DNA from: a bacterium
GTDB lineage: Bacteria; Arandabacterota; Arandabacteria; Arandabacterales; Arandabacteraceae
Direction of reading: 5' to 3'
Length of the DNA stretch: 64,000 nt
Assembly (NCBI GenBank): GCA_029933125.1
Contig: JAOZOU010000004.1
Coordinates: 200,879 to 264,878 of the forward strand
Below are positions 1 through 10,481 of this stretch, one piece after another (position 1 is the stretch's first letter; every line of letters starts with the position of its first letter). The notes under the pieces are model-generated. The model saw only the letters and a program-made list of their open reading frames with translations. It made no database searches and had not been told where the DNA came from. Position numbers and translations under genes: made by a program.

Positions 1-1
1 A

Positions 2-532
2 CCAGCATCGGTGGTAAGGCAATGGGCAATAATAATTACAGCTTTTGCCTATGTCCTGGGTGTAGCCAACATTGCTAGGATCAGTCTCCACGCGGTAAGC
101 AAACGCCAGAAGGACTGGCAATATAAAGCCGCCCTTGTGGCTTCCCTAATCATCATGGCTTCAATAGGCATAGGCTTCGGGATAGAAAGTGGAGGTACAT
201 TTGATTGGGCATACCTCAATATGTATGTCCCTATGCAGGCAACCATGTTTTCCCTGCTAGCTTTCTACATTGCATCAGCCGCTTATAGAGCTTTTCGGGC
301 AAGATCACCTGAGGCAACGTTTCTACTTGTAACGGCTGCGATAGTGATGCTTGGGAGGGTTCCTGTTGGGGAGAAAATCTGGAGTGGCTTGCCAAGCTTT
401 ACCGAATGGATAATGGAAGTTCCCAACATGGCTGCCAAGCGAGGCATTATGATTGGTGCAGCGCTCGGCGCTATCTCAACCGGGCTCAAGATGATCCTGG
501 GCCTTGAGCGTTCCTATCTTGGAGGGGACTAG
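2..532 (+). CDS. Uncharacterised polytopic membrane protein (5'-truncated at window edge)
   Basis: Frame is open to the window start; ~5 hydrophobic helices; motifs LLAFYIASAAYRAFR and MAAKRGIMIGAALG. Confidence 0.8.
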   Translation, partial: PASVVRQWAIIITAFAYVLGVANIARISLHAVSKRQKDWQYKAALVASLIIMASIGIGFGIESGGTFDWAYLNMYVPMQATMFSLLAFYIASAAYRAFRARSPEATFLLVTAAIVMLGRVPVGEKIWSGLPSFTEWIMEVPNMAAKRGIMIGAALGAISTGLKMILGLERSYLGGD

Positions 533-533
533 A

Positions 534-1376
534 TTGGCTACCAGGCAGGGCAAGGATATCATTTTCAAGCTTTCTCGCATTGACCGTCGCTGCATCTATA
601 TAGTCATCCTCATCTGCGTGATAGTTCCCTTGGTGACAGGTGTACGGATGGAAATGTCAGTGACATCTCCGGTGCGAACACTCTATGAGGCTATTGAGAA
701 ATTGCAGCCAGGATCTTACGTCTGGCTGGCGGCTGATTACGATCCTGGTTCAATGCCAGAGCTCTTTCCCATGAATGTTGCCATAGTTGAGCATCTCTTT
801 TCAAGAGACATAAAGATTATCTGTGGGGCTCTCTGGGCTCCTGGTCCGCCCCTGGCTCAACGTGTCTTTGATGAGCTGGCTCCCAAGTATGGGAAGGTCT
901 ATGGGGTTGACTATGTCAACCTTGGTTTCAAGGAGGGACGTGAAGCTGTAATGGTCTCACTTGCTGAGGATATGAAGGCAACGTTTCCTCAGGATTTCCT
1001 TAGCACTCCATGGGATAGCATTCCGATGCTTCGGCACATGAGCAATCTAAACGATGTAAAGATGATAATATGCATCTCTGCTGGGTATCCCGGAATAAAA
1101 GAGTGGTTGCAGCAGATATCAACTAGATACAAGATCCCCATTGGGGGAGGGGTTACCGCTGTGAGTGGTCCTGAGATGTACCCTTATATTCAGTCTGGGC
1201 AGCTCGTTGGTCTTCTGGCTGGCATGAAGGGCGCAGCTGAATATGAGCAATTGGTTGGCCATCCTGGTCTTGGTTTGGCTGGTATGGTTGCTCAATCGTA
1301 TGTCCACGTTATGGTCGTCGGTTTTATCATATTTGCGAATATCGTTTTCTTCCTTGAGAAGAGGAGCAAGCGATGA
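534..1376 (+). CDS. Uncharacterised membrane-anchored protein (N- and C-terminal TM helices, soluble middle domain)
   Basis: GGAGGGG RBS then TTG at 534 (ORF track starts 504); motifs DYDPGS.PEL.PM, YG.DYVNLG.K.G, GLL.G.KGAAEYE. Confidence 0.8.
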   Translation: MATRQGKDIIFKLSRIDRRCIYIVILICVIVPLVTGVRMEMSVTSPVRTLYEAIEKLQPGSYVWLAADYDPGSMPELFPMNVAIVEHLFSRDIKIICGALWAPGPPLAQRVFDELAPKYGKVYGVDYVNLGFKEGREAVMVSLAEDMKATFPQDFLSTPWDSIPMLRHMSNLNDVKMIICISAGYPGIKEWLQQISTRYKIPIGGGVTAVSGPEMYPYIQSGQLVGLLAGMKGAAEYEQLVGHPGLGLAGMVAQSYVHVMVVGFIIFANIVFFLEKRSKR

Positions 1377-2143
1377 GGGGATTGAAGTTTTTTGCCATCA
1401 TCGTTGTCGTCGCCCTGGCTGCGATTGCTTTGCGAGGTGGACTGATTTCAAAGGCTGGGCTCGGCACCTGGGTGGCAGCTTTGCTAACGCTTGCCATCTT
1501 TAGCTTCCTATATAAAGACAATCCTATCTATAAACTGGCTGAGCATGTGTTCATAGGAGTGGCGGCTGGCTATTTTGTTGCTCTCGAGTACTGGAATGTT
1601 TTCCTTCCCAATCTCTGGGATCCCCTGAGTGAAGGCCTGCGCCAAAGTGCCCTGAGCCCATTTCCTCACTTTCCCAATATGATTCTACTCATCCCGTTTG
1701 CCCTGGGTATTCTGCTTTTTACGAGGTTTTTCCCAAAGGTGGCATGGTTGAGCCGATGGTCAATGGCTGCCATGATAGGTTCGTATTCGGGCTTGGCAAT
1801 TATTGGGGCTCTTCAAGGCGACCTTGTAGCTCAGATAAGAGCAAACATGCTTCCACTTTACTCCGAGCAAGCAGCCAGGGCTCTCGAAGGCGGACCATTC
1901 CTCTTCGGAATTCTTGAGCTTGTTCGCAATCCTCTCATCATTGTTGGTCTTCTCGCTACGCTTGTTTACTTCTTTTTCTCAAGAGAACACAGGGGTGGGC
2001 TGGGCATTGCTGCGCGGATTGGCATATGGTTCCTTATGATATCGTTTGGCGCGTCATTTGGGTATACGGTCATGAGCAGGGTATCGCTTCTGATCGGCCG
2101 TCTTCACTTCCTTTTGAGTGACTGGCTGGGGATAATAAGATGA
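1373..2143 (+). CDS. Uncharacterised polytopic membrane protein
   Basis: ATGA overlap with upstream gene; ~7-8 TM segments; motifs SFLYKDNP.YKLAEH, YFFFS.EH.G, FGASFGYTVM.R. Confidence 0.8.
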   Translation: MRGLKFFAIIVVVALAAIALRGGLISKAGLGTWVAALLTLAIFSFLYKDNPIYKLAEHVFIGVAAGYFVALEYWNVFLPNLWDPLSEGLRQSALSPFPHFPNMILLIPFALGILLFTRFFPKVAWLSRWSMAAMIGSYSGLAIIGALQGDLVAQIRANMLPLYSEQAARALEGGPFLFGILELVRNPLIIVGLLATLVYFFFSREHRGGLGIAARIGIWFLMISFGASFGYTVMSRVSLLIGRLHFLLSDWLGIIR

Positions 2144-2883
2144 AGAGGGGTGTCAAGCTCAAGTTGCTTCCTTACGCTATCTATGATGGTCTCAAAAACA
2201 TGAGGATTGATACCTACCTCCTTGAAATATGTGAAAGCGATCCCCGGTGTGGCTTCCTCAGATTCTACGGATGGGCTCATCCCACACTCTCCCTCGGACG
2301 CTTTGAAAAGACTGAGGTGATCGATGTGGAAAGGGCAGCTGAGGATGGTGTCGATATAGTGAGGCGCCCAACCGGTGGGAGAGTTGTCTTACACGGTGAT
2401 GACCTGACCTATGCAGTTGTTGTCCCCCTCAGGATCGGGACGAGTTTGCAGGAGATCTATGCAGGTATTTCAGAATGCCTCATGAGGGGATTGAGCTTGC
2501 TGGGTCTCGACCTGACTTTCGAAAAAGGCAGGTTGGCAAGAACCGATCTTCGAATCAAACCATGTTTCGCATCTGCAGCCAGATATGAGATTACCTGGCA
2601 GGGCAAGAAACTTGTAGGAAGCGCTCAGCGTGTTGGGAAGCAAGCTGTACTGCAGCATGGGAGCATTCCCATTGGAAGGGGATATCTCAAGGTTATTGAC
2701 TATATGAGATGCGATGACAGAGCTCGCTTGAGGCTGAGGAAGCAAATGGAGAAAAGCACCTGTTGTCTCAAGGGAATAGCACCAAACGAGTTTACTGCTG
2801 CTCAGGTTTCGAGCTTTATCCTGGAAACCTTCAGGGAGGTTTTTGATATTTTGCAGCCTATTTCGTTAGAGGGCAAAGTTTGA
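2140..2883 (+). CDS. Lipoate-protein ligase / octanoyltransferase (LplA/LipM family, catalytic domain only)
   Basis: RRPTGGRVVLH, KLVGSAQR, LQHGSIP motifs; 247 aa with no C-terminal LplB domain. Confidence 0.85.
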   Translation: MKRGVKLKLLPYAIYDGLKNMRIDTYLLEICESDPRCGFLRFYGWAHPTLSLGRFEKTEVIDVERAAEDGVDIVRRPTGGRVVLHGDDLTYAVVVPLRIGTSLQEIYAGISECLMRGLSLLGLDLTFEKGRLARTDLRIKPCFASAARYEITWQGKKLVGSAQRVGKQAVLQHGSIPIGRGYLKVIDYMRCDDRARLRLRKQMEKSTCCLKGIAPNEFTAAQVSSFILETFREVFDILQPISLEGKV

Positions 2884-2942
2884 GACAGAAGTGAGTAGAA
2901 TTTCCGAAGTCGGGAACAGAATTCACGAAAGGACAAAAGCAC

Positions 2943-2972
2943 TTGACACTGTGTTTCTCGCTTTTATATAGT
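2943..2972 (+). promoter_or_regulatory. Sigma-70 promoter for TBDR cassette 1
   Basis: TTGACA (2943-2948), 18 nt, TATAGT (2967-2972). Confidence 0.6.
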
Positions 2973-3035
2973 ATCTGCGAAAAGATAACCAAAATCGAGA
3001 CCCGATGAAGTCAGCGCAGCCCTGGAGGGGTCATT

Positions 3036-5738
3036 ATGTCTGCCTTGATTAGGATCAGCTTTGTACTTGCCCTTGTTTTGCTTTTTGCAGTCACCTCTGT
3101 GTTTGGCCAGGAGGTCGGAAGGATTGAAGGAACTGTGGTGGCTGCTAAGGATGGGAAACCCTTAGCCTATGCTAATGTGCTTCTTGTTGGTACGGGCATG
3201 GGGACATTTGCTAAGCAAAACGGAACTTTTACGCTTGAGAATGTTCCTGCAGGAACGTATACCGTCAAGGTCATGATGATGGGTTACGCTGCTCAGACAA
3301 GGGAGAACGTTGTTGTCAAGCCAGGGGAGACCACGCGGCTTAGATTTGAGCTCAAAGAGACTGTTGTGATGGAAGTGCCTGTTGTTGAAGTGGAAGCTGA
3401 AAGACCGATGGTTGATACCGAGCGAACCCAAACGAAGCGAACCATCGATACCAAGGAAGTCGCTGTGCGCTCGATCAATACAGTTGAGGATGCTATTGCA
3501 ACCCAGGCTGGAGTCGTTCTTGAACAGGGCGAGATCCATATTCGAGGTGGAAGATCTGGTGAAGTCAAGCAGTTTGTCGACGGTATTCAGATCAGTGATC
3601 CTTTCGTCGGCGCCAACTCGATGGAGCTCAGCCTTGCATCGCTTTCAGAGATAGAAGTTCTTTCGGGTGGCTTTGATGCTGAATATGGCAATGTCCAGTC
3701 CGGTGTTATCAATCTCAAGACGAGAGAGGGTGGAACGAGATATTCGGGTCTTGTTAAGTATATGACTGATGACTATGGAGCACCTGATAAGACCTATTTC
3801 AACTACGATGATTTAGCAATCGGCTTTGGGGGACCTCTGATTACAACCAATCTGAGATTTTTTGCCTCTGGCGAGGTTATGTTTACTGACACCTACCTTA
3901 AGACTCTTGAACCCAGGCAGCAAAAGGAGCTTTGGGGATTCATCAAGTTCCGTGAACGTCAGAGCAATAGCTACTCAGGTCAATGCAAGGTTACCTACTT
4001 CTTCACACCGACGAAAAAGCTCTCCTTGGAGTATCTCACCTCGGGTGAGAAGTTTGATTTTTATCATCATGCATTCAGTCGTGTTGGTTATTGGTCAGAA
4101 GCCCACAGACACTGGTGGTTTGAACCGCTTGATTCAACCTATAGCCTTTACATAGCACCTGCCCACACACCTGATATTACAAATGAACATAACAGTGTTA
4201 AGCTTGTCTGGAGACACACAATAAGCCCATCCGCATTTTACACGATGCGCCTCGGAAGATACGTCGCACTTCATAAAGAGGTTGTCCTTGGCAAGAAACC
4301 CTATGAATATGTGACCCCGAACTTCAACGATCGAGTTGATCCCGAAAACCGCTACTATGTTGTGCAGGGCGATTATCCAATCTGGCAGCGCTATCATACG
4401 ACGATGTACACAGGCAAAGGCGATATGACCATTACCAAGGGTACGACTCATCAGATAAAGTTTGGTGCAGAGTCACACGCCTATCGCCTCGAGATGATGG
4501 ATTTGCGTTATCCCTCCCTCGATAACCCCCTTGGTGTATTCACTGATATATACAAGTTCCATTGCTGGGACCTGTCAGCCTTCATTCAGGATCGCATAAG
4601 GTTTGAGGGTATGAACTTGAGGGTGGGCCTAAGATTTGACCTTTTCGACCCTGGTAAGGATGCTGTCGAAGCCTATAATAGATTCGTGGTATCGACAGGT
4701 TTTAAGCCCAAGCCAGCCTCCTTCTTCAAGCGAATTGAGTGGCAGATAAGTCCGCGCTTTGGGGTTTCCTATCCTATTTCAGAAAGAGACGCCCTTTACT
4801 TCAATTATGGGAGATTCTACCAGATTCCAAGGCTCGAGGTTCTTTACCAGTTCCTGGGTCGAACCGAGCAGGGACTGCTTCCTTTCGGTAATCCCCTCAT
4901 GGATGCTGAGACAACAATAATGTATGAAGTTGGCATTCAACATCAATTCACTCCAACGATTGTTGGTGATATTGCCCTGTTCTATAAGGACATCTTTGGA
5001 CTTACGGGCACTGAGGCAGCCGATCTAACTGAGGATTCTGACTTTATTCAGACCTATGGTCCGACCGCCACACCTGTTGTCTTTGTCAACCTTGACTATG
5101 GATCGGTGAGAGGCATTGAATTCAAACTCAGCAAACGTTTCAGCCATCATTTCCAGGGCAGTCTAACTTATACTTTTTCCAAGGCTACTGGCTCGAGCTC
5201 TAACGAGCTCCAGGGTGCCAATGTTGTGAGTGGGGCAATGGATCGAGCTCCGATAACTGAGCTGCCCCTTGATTGGGATAGAAATCATGTCATATCTGCA
5301 AATCTATATATAAGTGAGCCCGGGCTTTGGGGTTGCAACATTGACTGGAGCTATTCGTCAGGAGCACCCTATACGCCAATGTTGCCGAGGGAGCGTGAGG
5401 TCAGGGCTTCATTGATAAATTCAAGGCGGCTTCCTTCACGGAGCACGGTCAATGTGAAGGCCGACAAGCGTTACAAGATTGCTGGCCAGGAAGTTTCCCT
5501 CTTCCTCGAAGGCAGAAACATACTGAACCGCAAGAACATCGCTACGCTTGATCCAGGAGATTGGCCGGGTGGGGATGGCAACTACGCCGCGTATTATACA
5601 AGGGAGGGTAGGTTTGGTGGAGCTTATGACTTGGGTGAGCTGCTCGGGCTTACGGAGGTGATTTACATTCCTTTGAACGATCCACGAGTCTACTCGCCGC
5701 CTCGCAACTTCAGGGTTGGCATATCATTCGACTGGTAA
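3036..5738 (+). CDS. TonB-dependent receptor with N-terminal carboxypeptidase-regulatory-like domain
   Basis: Signal peptide; G.I.G.V..VPAGTY.V domain; plug motifs HIRGGR and GGFDAEYGN.QSGVIN; barrel ending GISFDW. Confidence 0.92.
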   Translation: MSALIRISFVLALVLLFAVTSVFGQEVGRIEGTVVAAKDGKPLAYANVLLVGTGMGTFAKQNGTFTLENVPAGTYTVKVMMMGYAAQTRENVVVKPGETTRLRFELKETVVMEVPVVEVEAERPMVDTERTQTKRTIDTKEVAVRSINTVEDAIATQAGVVLEQGEIHIRGGRSGEVKQFVDGIQISDPFVGANSMELSLASLSEIEVLSGGFDAEYGNVQSGVINLKTREGGTRYSGLVKYMTDDYGAPDKTYFNYDDLAIGFGGPLITTNLRFFASGEVMFTDTYLKTLEPRQQKELWGFIKFRERQSNSYSGQCKVTYFFTPTKKLSLEYLTSGEKFDFYHHAFSRVGYWSEAHRHWWFEPLDSTYSLYIAPAHTPDITNEHNSVKLVWRHTISPSAFYTMRLGRYVALHKEVVLGKKPYEYVTPNFNDRVDPENRYYVVQGDYPIWQRYHTTMYTGKGDMTITKGTTHQIKFGAESHAYRLEMMDLRYPSLDNPLGVFTDIYKFHCWDLSAFIQDRIRFEGMNLRVGLRFDLFDPGKDAVEAYNRFVVSTGFKPKPASFFKRIEWQISPRFGVSYPISERDALYFNYGRFYQIPRLEVLYQFLGRTEQGLLPFGNPLMDAETTIMYEVGIQHQFTPTIVGDIALFYKDIFGLTGTEAADLTEDSDFIQTYGPTATPVVFVNLDYGSVRGIEFKLSKRFSHHFQGSLTYTFSKATGSSSNELQGANVVSGAMDRAPITELPLDWDRNHVISANLYISEPGLWGCNIDWSYSSGAPYTPMLPREREVRASLINSRRLPSRSTVNVKADKRYKIAGQEVSLFLEGRNILNRKNIATLDPGDWPGGDGNYAAYYTREGRFGGAYDLGELLGLTEVIYIPLNDPRVYSPPRNFRVGISFDW

Positions 5739-5761
5739 AGACCGTTAGGGAGGGTCGAAGA

Positions 5762-7900
5762 ATGGCAAGGGGAAGGTTGTGTTGCTCCGCAGCACTTATT
5801 GGCATTGTGGTCGTCCTGATTTTTGGGACTCTTTTGGAAGGTGAGACCTCAGCACATAACGAAGATTTCGGATTTCCACAGGTCTATCCTGATCCCTCTG
5901 ACCGTGTAGTGAAGTTCTTAGGCAAGTATCATAATCTCAACAATCTTTTGCTACATGTCTCCAACATGGGTTTCTTTGGTGATTGGAACTCCGATCCGAC
6001 TTCGCCATCGGCTGAATGGCCGGCCGGAAGCGGTATAGAGTATCTCTTTGCTGCAGGGCTTTGGGTTGGTGGAGTCGTCTATGACGAGTTCAACCGACCC
6101 GATACACTGGTAAGTGCTGCGGTTTATCAGCTCGAGTACTATCCCAAACCCGATGCCCGTGACGTGATCTACAAGACTGCTGAGAATGAACCGGGGGGCA
6201 GTAGAATTGGGGATGGTGCCGACGATGACGACGACAATCTGGTTGATGAAGATTGGCTTGACGGCTATGACAATGACGGAGATGGATTCATTGATGAGGA
6301 TTTTGCGGCAATCTCACAGCAGATGTACACGTGTACATTTTATGACACGACCACACTGATGAATGCCAACAGAACCGAGGATTTCCACAAGCCGCTCAAT
6401 TTACGTGTTAGACAGGAAAGTTATGCCTGGGGAGGTGAGGCTGCTAAGGATTTCATAGGCGTCGAATACAAGGTCACAAACATTGGGGACTCGACGATTT
6501 ATCAGGCATATGTGGCTTTCATGGTGGATGCCGACATAGGACCCGTTCGCCAGGTTCCGACCTCTTACACAGATGACATGGCCGCCTTCATTGATACGAC
6601 CGTCAAAAAATTTGAACTTAATCTCGATACTGGCAAGATAGAACCGAATGACTATGATCTAACTATTGGTTACATGTACGACTATCCAGGGGGAGACGAT
6701 GGTGATGTTCCAGGCTATATAGGCGTCATGTTTCTTGGTCACACGGTTGATGAAACAGGTAGGCTTGCGCCTCAGCGCGTTGAGATTCACATGTTCAGAA
6801 GCTGGTCAAGTGGTGAAGAGGATCCTCAGGATGACAAGGAACGCTACCGTTACATGCGGGGTAATTCCGATTTTGAGCAAACGATCGATCCGCCGACCAC
6901 AAAGCCTCAAGATTACCGATTCCTTGTTTCAGCTGGTCCCTTTGCGAGGATTCCGCCAGGAAGCACTCTTGTCTTCCAAGTCGCCTTCGTGTGCGGCCAT
7001 CCTTTTGATGACTTTATCGACAATGCTGCGTATGCTCAGAAGATCTACAATGGACGGGTGATTGACGACATACTATACCACTGGGTCGGGTCCAGTCCGC
7101 CTCCGCCGCCGAATCAGATGGTTATACCTAGTGATGGGAAGGTGATCATTGAATGGGATGACTACTCCGAGAGGGTACCCGATCCTCTTGAAGGGTGCTT
7201 TGACTTTGCTGGCTACCGAATCTGGCGAGCAGATGGGTGGAGGCATGAAAGTGAGGTGCCTACGGAGAATCAGTGGAAGCTTATAGCCCACTATGACCTG
7301 GACGATCTGCCGGCAATCGATACAGGCCTCGAGGGAGTTGGCAAGTATCGCTATATAGATTCCGTGGGTGTCCATAACGGGCTCCCCTATTGGTATGCTG
7401 TCACCGCCTTTGATGATGGTCGGGCATTCAGGTTCGTCGTTGATCCGGAGACAGATAGGATGGATTCGATACCGTTCTATGGGAGCTATGCCCAGGCACA
7501 GAAACTCGTATACCCAAGAGCTGAACCTGCTAGAAGAATGGGAAAAGTCCGAATTGTACCCAATCCCTATCCATGGAATCCGAGCAATCCCACGATCCCA
7601 GACGACCTCAGGGAGTCACATCGGGCAATTGGCGACATGGTTGAGTACGAAGGTGATCCCTCAGGGCGAAGGGTGACTTTCGTTGGCCTGCCTCGCAAGT
7701 CGATGGTGAGAGTGTATACCTTGGCTGGCGACCTTGTCTGGAGCAAGTATTTTGAGGGGCCGAATGATCCGATTACAGGTGCACCACCTCAGTGGAATCT
7801 GGTATCAAGAAACAACCAGGAGATTGTTAGCGGAATCTACATTGTCCATGTAGAATCACCTTACGGGTCTGAAATAACAAAGTTCGTTGTCGTCAGATAG
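5762..7900 (+). CDS. Secreted acidic protein with Asp-rich repeats, FnIII-like module and T9SS-like C-terminal sorting domain
   Basis: Signal peptide; FAGYRIWR / YWYAVTAFD FnIII-like strands; C-terminal VPNPY...YTLAGDLV...WNL.SRNNQ.IVSGIYIV...KFVVVR. Confidence 0.75.
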   Translation: MARGRLCCSAALIGIVVVLIFGTLLEGETSAHNEDFGFPQVYPDPSDRVVKFLGKYHNLNNLLLHVSNMGFFGDWNSDPTSPSAEWPAGSGIEYLFAAGLWVGGVVYDEFNRPDTLVSAAVYQLEYYPKPDARDVIYKTAENEPGGSRIGDGADDDDDNLVDEDWLDGYDNDGDGFIDEDFAAISQQMYTCTFYDTTTLMNANRTEDFHKPLNLRVRQESYAWGGEAAKDFIGVEYKVTNIGDSTIYQAYVAFMVDADIGPVRQVPTSYTDDMAAFIDTTVKKFELNLDTGKIEPNDYDLTIGYMYDYPGGDDGDVPGYIGVMFLGHTVDETGRLAPQRVEIHMFRSWSSGEEDPQDDKERYRYMRGNSDFEQTIDPPTTKPQDYRFLVSAGPFARIPPGSTLVFQVAFVCGHPFDDFIDNAAYAQKIYNGRVIDDILYHWVGSSPPPPPNQMVIPSDGKVIIEWDDYSERVPDPLEGCFDFAGYRIWRADGWRHESEVPTENQWKLIAHYDLDDLPAIDTGLEGVGKYRYIDSVGVHNGLPYWYAVTAFDDGRAFRFVVDPETDRMDSIPFYGSYAQAQKLVYPRAEPARRMGKVRIVPNPYPWNPSNPTIPDDLRESHRAIGDMVEYEGDPSGRRVTFVGLPRKSMVRVYTLAGDLVWSKYFEGPNDPITGAPPQWNLVSRNNQEIVSGIYIVHVESPYGSEITKFVVVR

Positions 7901-7926
7901 GATAATTGAGGAAGGAGGATTTCGAG

Positions 7927-8904
7927 TTGAAAACTAAGATTGGATTAGCGCTTGCATTGATCCTGCTTGTTTCAAGCCTTGTCTGGTCGGCTGAGATCTT
8001 TGAGAAGGTTGGTACGGTTGGTGCCCAATTTCTCAAGATTGGGGTTGGTGCTCGTGGCGTTGGAATGGGTGAGGCATTTGTTGCCATGGATGGCGATGCC
8101 ACGTGCACGTACTGGAATCCAGCTGGCATAGCAAATATTGAAGGAAGTCAGTTTTCTCTGAGCCATGCTTCATGGCCTGCGGAGATGAGTCATGAGTTCG
8201 CTGCCTATGTTTTCTCCTACAAGTTTATACCAGGAGTGCTCGGGCTGAGTGCGGTGGTTCTCCAGATGGATCCAATGCCTGAGACGACAGAATATCGTCA
8301 GCAAGGCACTGGTTATTCCTTCGATGCCGGTAGTATGGCCTTTGGTCTGACGTATGCAAGGATGCTAACTGACCGTTTCTCTTTTGGTGCAACTTTGAAG
8401 TGGATACACGAAGGGTTGGCGGACTTCAGTGGCGAGACTTTTGCAGTTGATCTTGGGAGCATCTACAACACAGGCTTCAGGGACATAAAAATCGGCATGG
8501 CATTCGTAAACATGGGATCAGGCTATACTTTCTTCGAGGGAGGCAAGGAAAGTCCGATGCCTGTGATGTTTAAGGTAGGTGGATCAATGCCTCTGTTGAA
8601 CACCAGTGACCATAGGTTGATTGGGGCCGTGGAATTCAATCATCCACCGGATGGTGCCGAGCGGGTGAATGCTGGTGCTGAATACGTATTCCAGCGTTTT
8701 GGGCCTAACTTTGAAATAGCCTTGAGAGGTGGCTATCGCTTCAACCGTGATGAAGAGGGTATTACAGCAGGTTTTGGCATAAAGTTCCCATTTGTCAGAA
8801 TTGGCCTTGTCAACAAGCCCTCGATATGGAGAGTTGACTATTGCTATTCTGACATGGGCTTGCTCGAGAGCTCCCATAAGATCTCTCTGAGCGCTTCGTA
8901 TTAA
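7927..8904 (+). CDS. PorV/PorQ (UPF0164) family outer-membrane beta-barrel
   Basis: AGGAGG RBS then TTG 7927; GAQFLKIGVGARGVGMGEA..WNPAG signature; C-terminal HKISLSASY. Confidence 0.85.
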   Translation: MKTKIGLALALILLVSSLVWSAEIFEKVGTVGAQFLKIGVGARGVGMGEAFVAMDGDATCTYWNPAGIANIEGSQFSLSHASWPAEMSHEFAAYVFSYKFIPGVLGLSAVVLQMDPMPETTEYRQQGTGYSFDAGSMAFGLTYARMLTDRFSFGATLKWIHEGLADFSGETFAVDLGSIYNTGFRDIKIGMAFVNMGSGYTFFEGGKESPMPVMFKVGGSMPLLNTSDHRLIGAVEFNHPPDGAERVNAGAEYVFQRFGPNFEIALRGGYRFNRDEEGITAGFGIKFPFVRIGLVNKPSIWRVDYCYSDMGLLESSHKISLSASY

Positions 8905-8905
8905 A

Positions 8906-10474
8906 ATGCGGTACTCGAGGCAAACTCAAGGGGTAGCAAGTGGTTTGCTACCCCTGATTGCTATTCCTCTCTTCCTGCCGTTGTCCGCCCTGTATGCCCA
9001 GACATGGGCTGAGTATGGTGACGTGCCAGTAAGCAGTAGCGGTGATCTCACCTTCTATGCCGATATTGCTAGCTACTATGATGGGGCAGAGAATCTCGAA
9101 GAAATCTACTTTCTGATAGCGAATGATCAGGTAAAATTTCTCGAAGATGCACATGGATACAAAGGGAGGCTCAGACTTTCAGTTGACCTACTCAATGACG
9201 ACGGTAGTGTTGCTGGAAAGGCTGAAAATGAAGTCACGGTTTATGCTTCGAGCTCGGAGGAAGCTCTCGACCGCAGCGTAGTCCAGGTTCTTCAAACACA
9301 GATTCATGTTCCGCCCGGTCGTTACGTTGCGAAGATGGAGATTGAAGATCTCAATGCTGTGAAAAAAGCCCTTATTCCATACATTCTTAAGCGACATAAG
9401 AAGGGTAGGGTTGAAGTCCTGATAGACTCACCCGATTTCAAAGCCAAGGGAATCGCACTAAGCGACATAGAGTTTGCAAGGGGACTTCGTAGGACTAGCA
9501 AGGGGCAGTTCCAGAAATCGGGATTAGAGATCATTCCAAACCCTCCTCGGCGCTATGGGCTCTTGCTTCCAGAGCTCGCCATCTACTTCGAGGTTTATGA
9601 TTTTGATCAGGAGGTTTCCGATTCGGTCACCGCAACCTACAGGATAGTGAATAGGACAGGTGCAGAGATATATAAGCAGCAGAAGCTTTTGCGGGTAAGA
9701 GGAGAGCGCACACCGAGTACCGCTCTGTTTGATATTACATCCTTGAGTGCGGGTAGCTATCTTCTCGTTGTCAGCCTTGATCTTGCAGGGAGAAGCGTCA
9801 GCAGTCAGCGGAAGTTTGACGTGGCCTGGTCACCGCTGTCCTGGGGAAGGTACGAAACTGAGATGATAGGAGACGTGGAATACATCCTCACAGAGAAAGA
9901 GATGGAGGAGTTTGAATCACTCTCCCCTGGGGGGAGGGAAAGATATCTCGAGGAGTTCTGGCGCAGGCTTGACCCCACACCTGGTACTGCTGAGAATGAG
10001 GCGAGAACGGAGCATTATCGAAGAGTCGTCTATGCCGACAAACACTTTGGGACGAGCACCAAGCGTGGAGCCCTCTCCGATAGAGGGAGGCTCTACATTA
10101 AGTACGGTCCACCCGATGATATCCAGAGTTTCTATTCTGACATGGATTTTGTTAAAGGCAGACGCCACATCGAAGGTGCTGAGTCGCCAGTACCGACCGA
10201 TCCCTTCACTCGCGTGGGAATAAAGGCTGGTTCGGGTGAGCCTGGTGGATGGCAACAGGCCGGCTCATCTGCAGATGTCCATGGAGATCAAATTGGTGGC
10301 ATGACAGTTCATGGCAAAGCGTATGAGATATGGACATATGAAGGCGCTGGCAAGCCGATTCGGCGTCTTTCAAAGCGGATTGCTAAGAGTCCTGTGATGC
10401 AATTTATCCTGGTTGATGAGAAAGGAATAGGCGATTACAGGCTTGTCTATAGCACCGAGCAACAGGAATACTAA
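8906..10474 (+). CDS. GWxTD domain-containing periplasmic protein (variant motif)
   Basis: Signal peptide; FWRRLDPTPGT.ENE...HYRRV.YAD..F...GALSDRGRLYIKYGPPD; C-terminal F.LVDE.G.GDY.L. Confidence 0.85.
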   Translation: MRYSRQTQGVASGLLPLIAIPLFLPLSALYAQTWAEYGDVPVSSSGDLTFYADIASYYDGAENLEEIYFLIANDQVKFLEDAHGYKGRLRLSVDLLNDDGSVAGKAENEVTVYASSSEEALDRSVVQVLQTQIHVPPGRYVAKMEIEDLNAVKKALIPYILKRHKKGRVEVLIDSPDFKAKGIALSDIEFARGLRRTSKGQFQKSGLEIIPNPPRRYGLLLPELAIYFEVYDFDQEVSDSVTATYRIVNRTGAEIYKQQKLLRVRGERTPSTALFDITSLSAGSYLLVVSLDLAGRSVSSQRKFDVAWSPLSWGRYETEMIGDVEYILTEKEMEEFESLSPGGRERYLEEFWRRLDPTPGTAENEARTEHYRRVVYADKHFGTSTKRGALSDRGRLYIKYGPPDDIQSFYSDMDFVKGRRHIEGAESPVPTDPFTRVGIKAGSGEPGGWQQAGSSADVHGDQIGGMTVHGKAYEIWTYEGAGKPIRRLSKRIAKSPVMQFILVDEKGIGDYRLVYSTEQQEY

Positions 10475-10481
10475 AAAAGGG

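Noticed and set aside
2884..3035. Possible riboswitch upstream of the TBDRs (also 22700-22807) or of metK
   Set aside because: Only short hairpins; no cobalamin, TPP, SAM or c-di-GMP consensus recognised, and metK has no leader space
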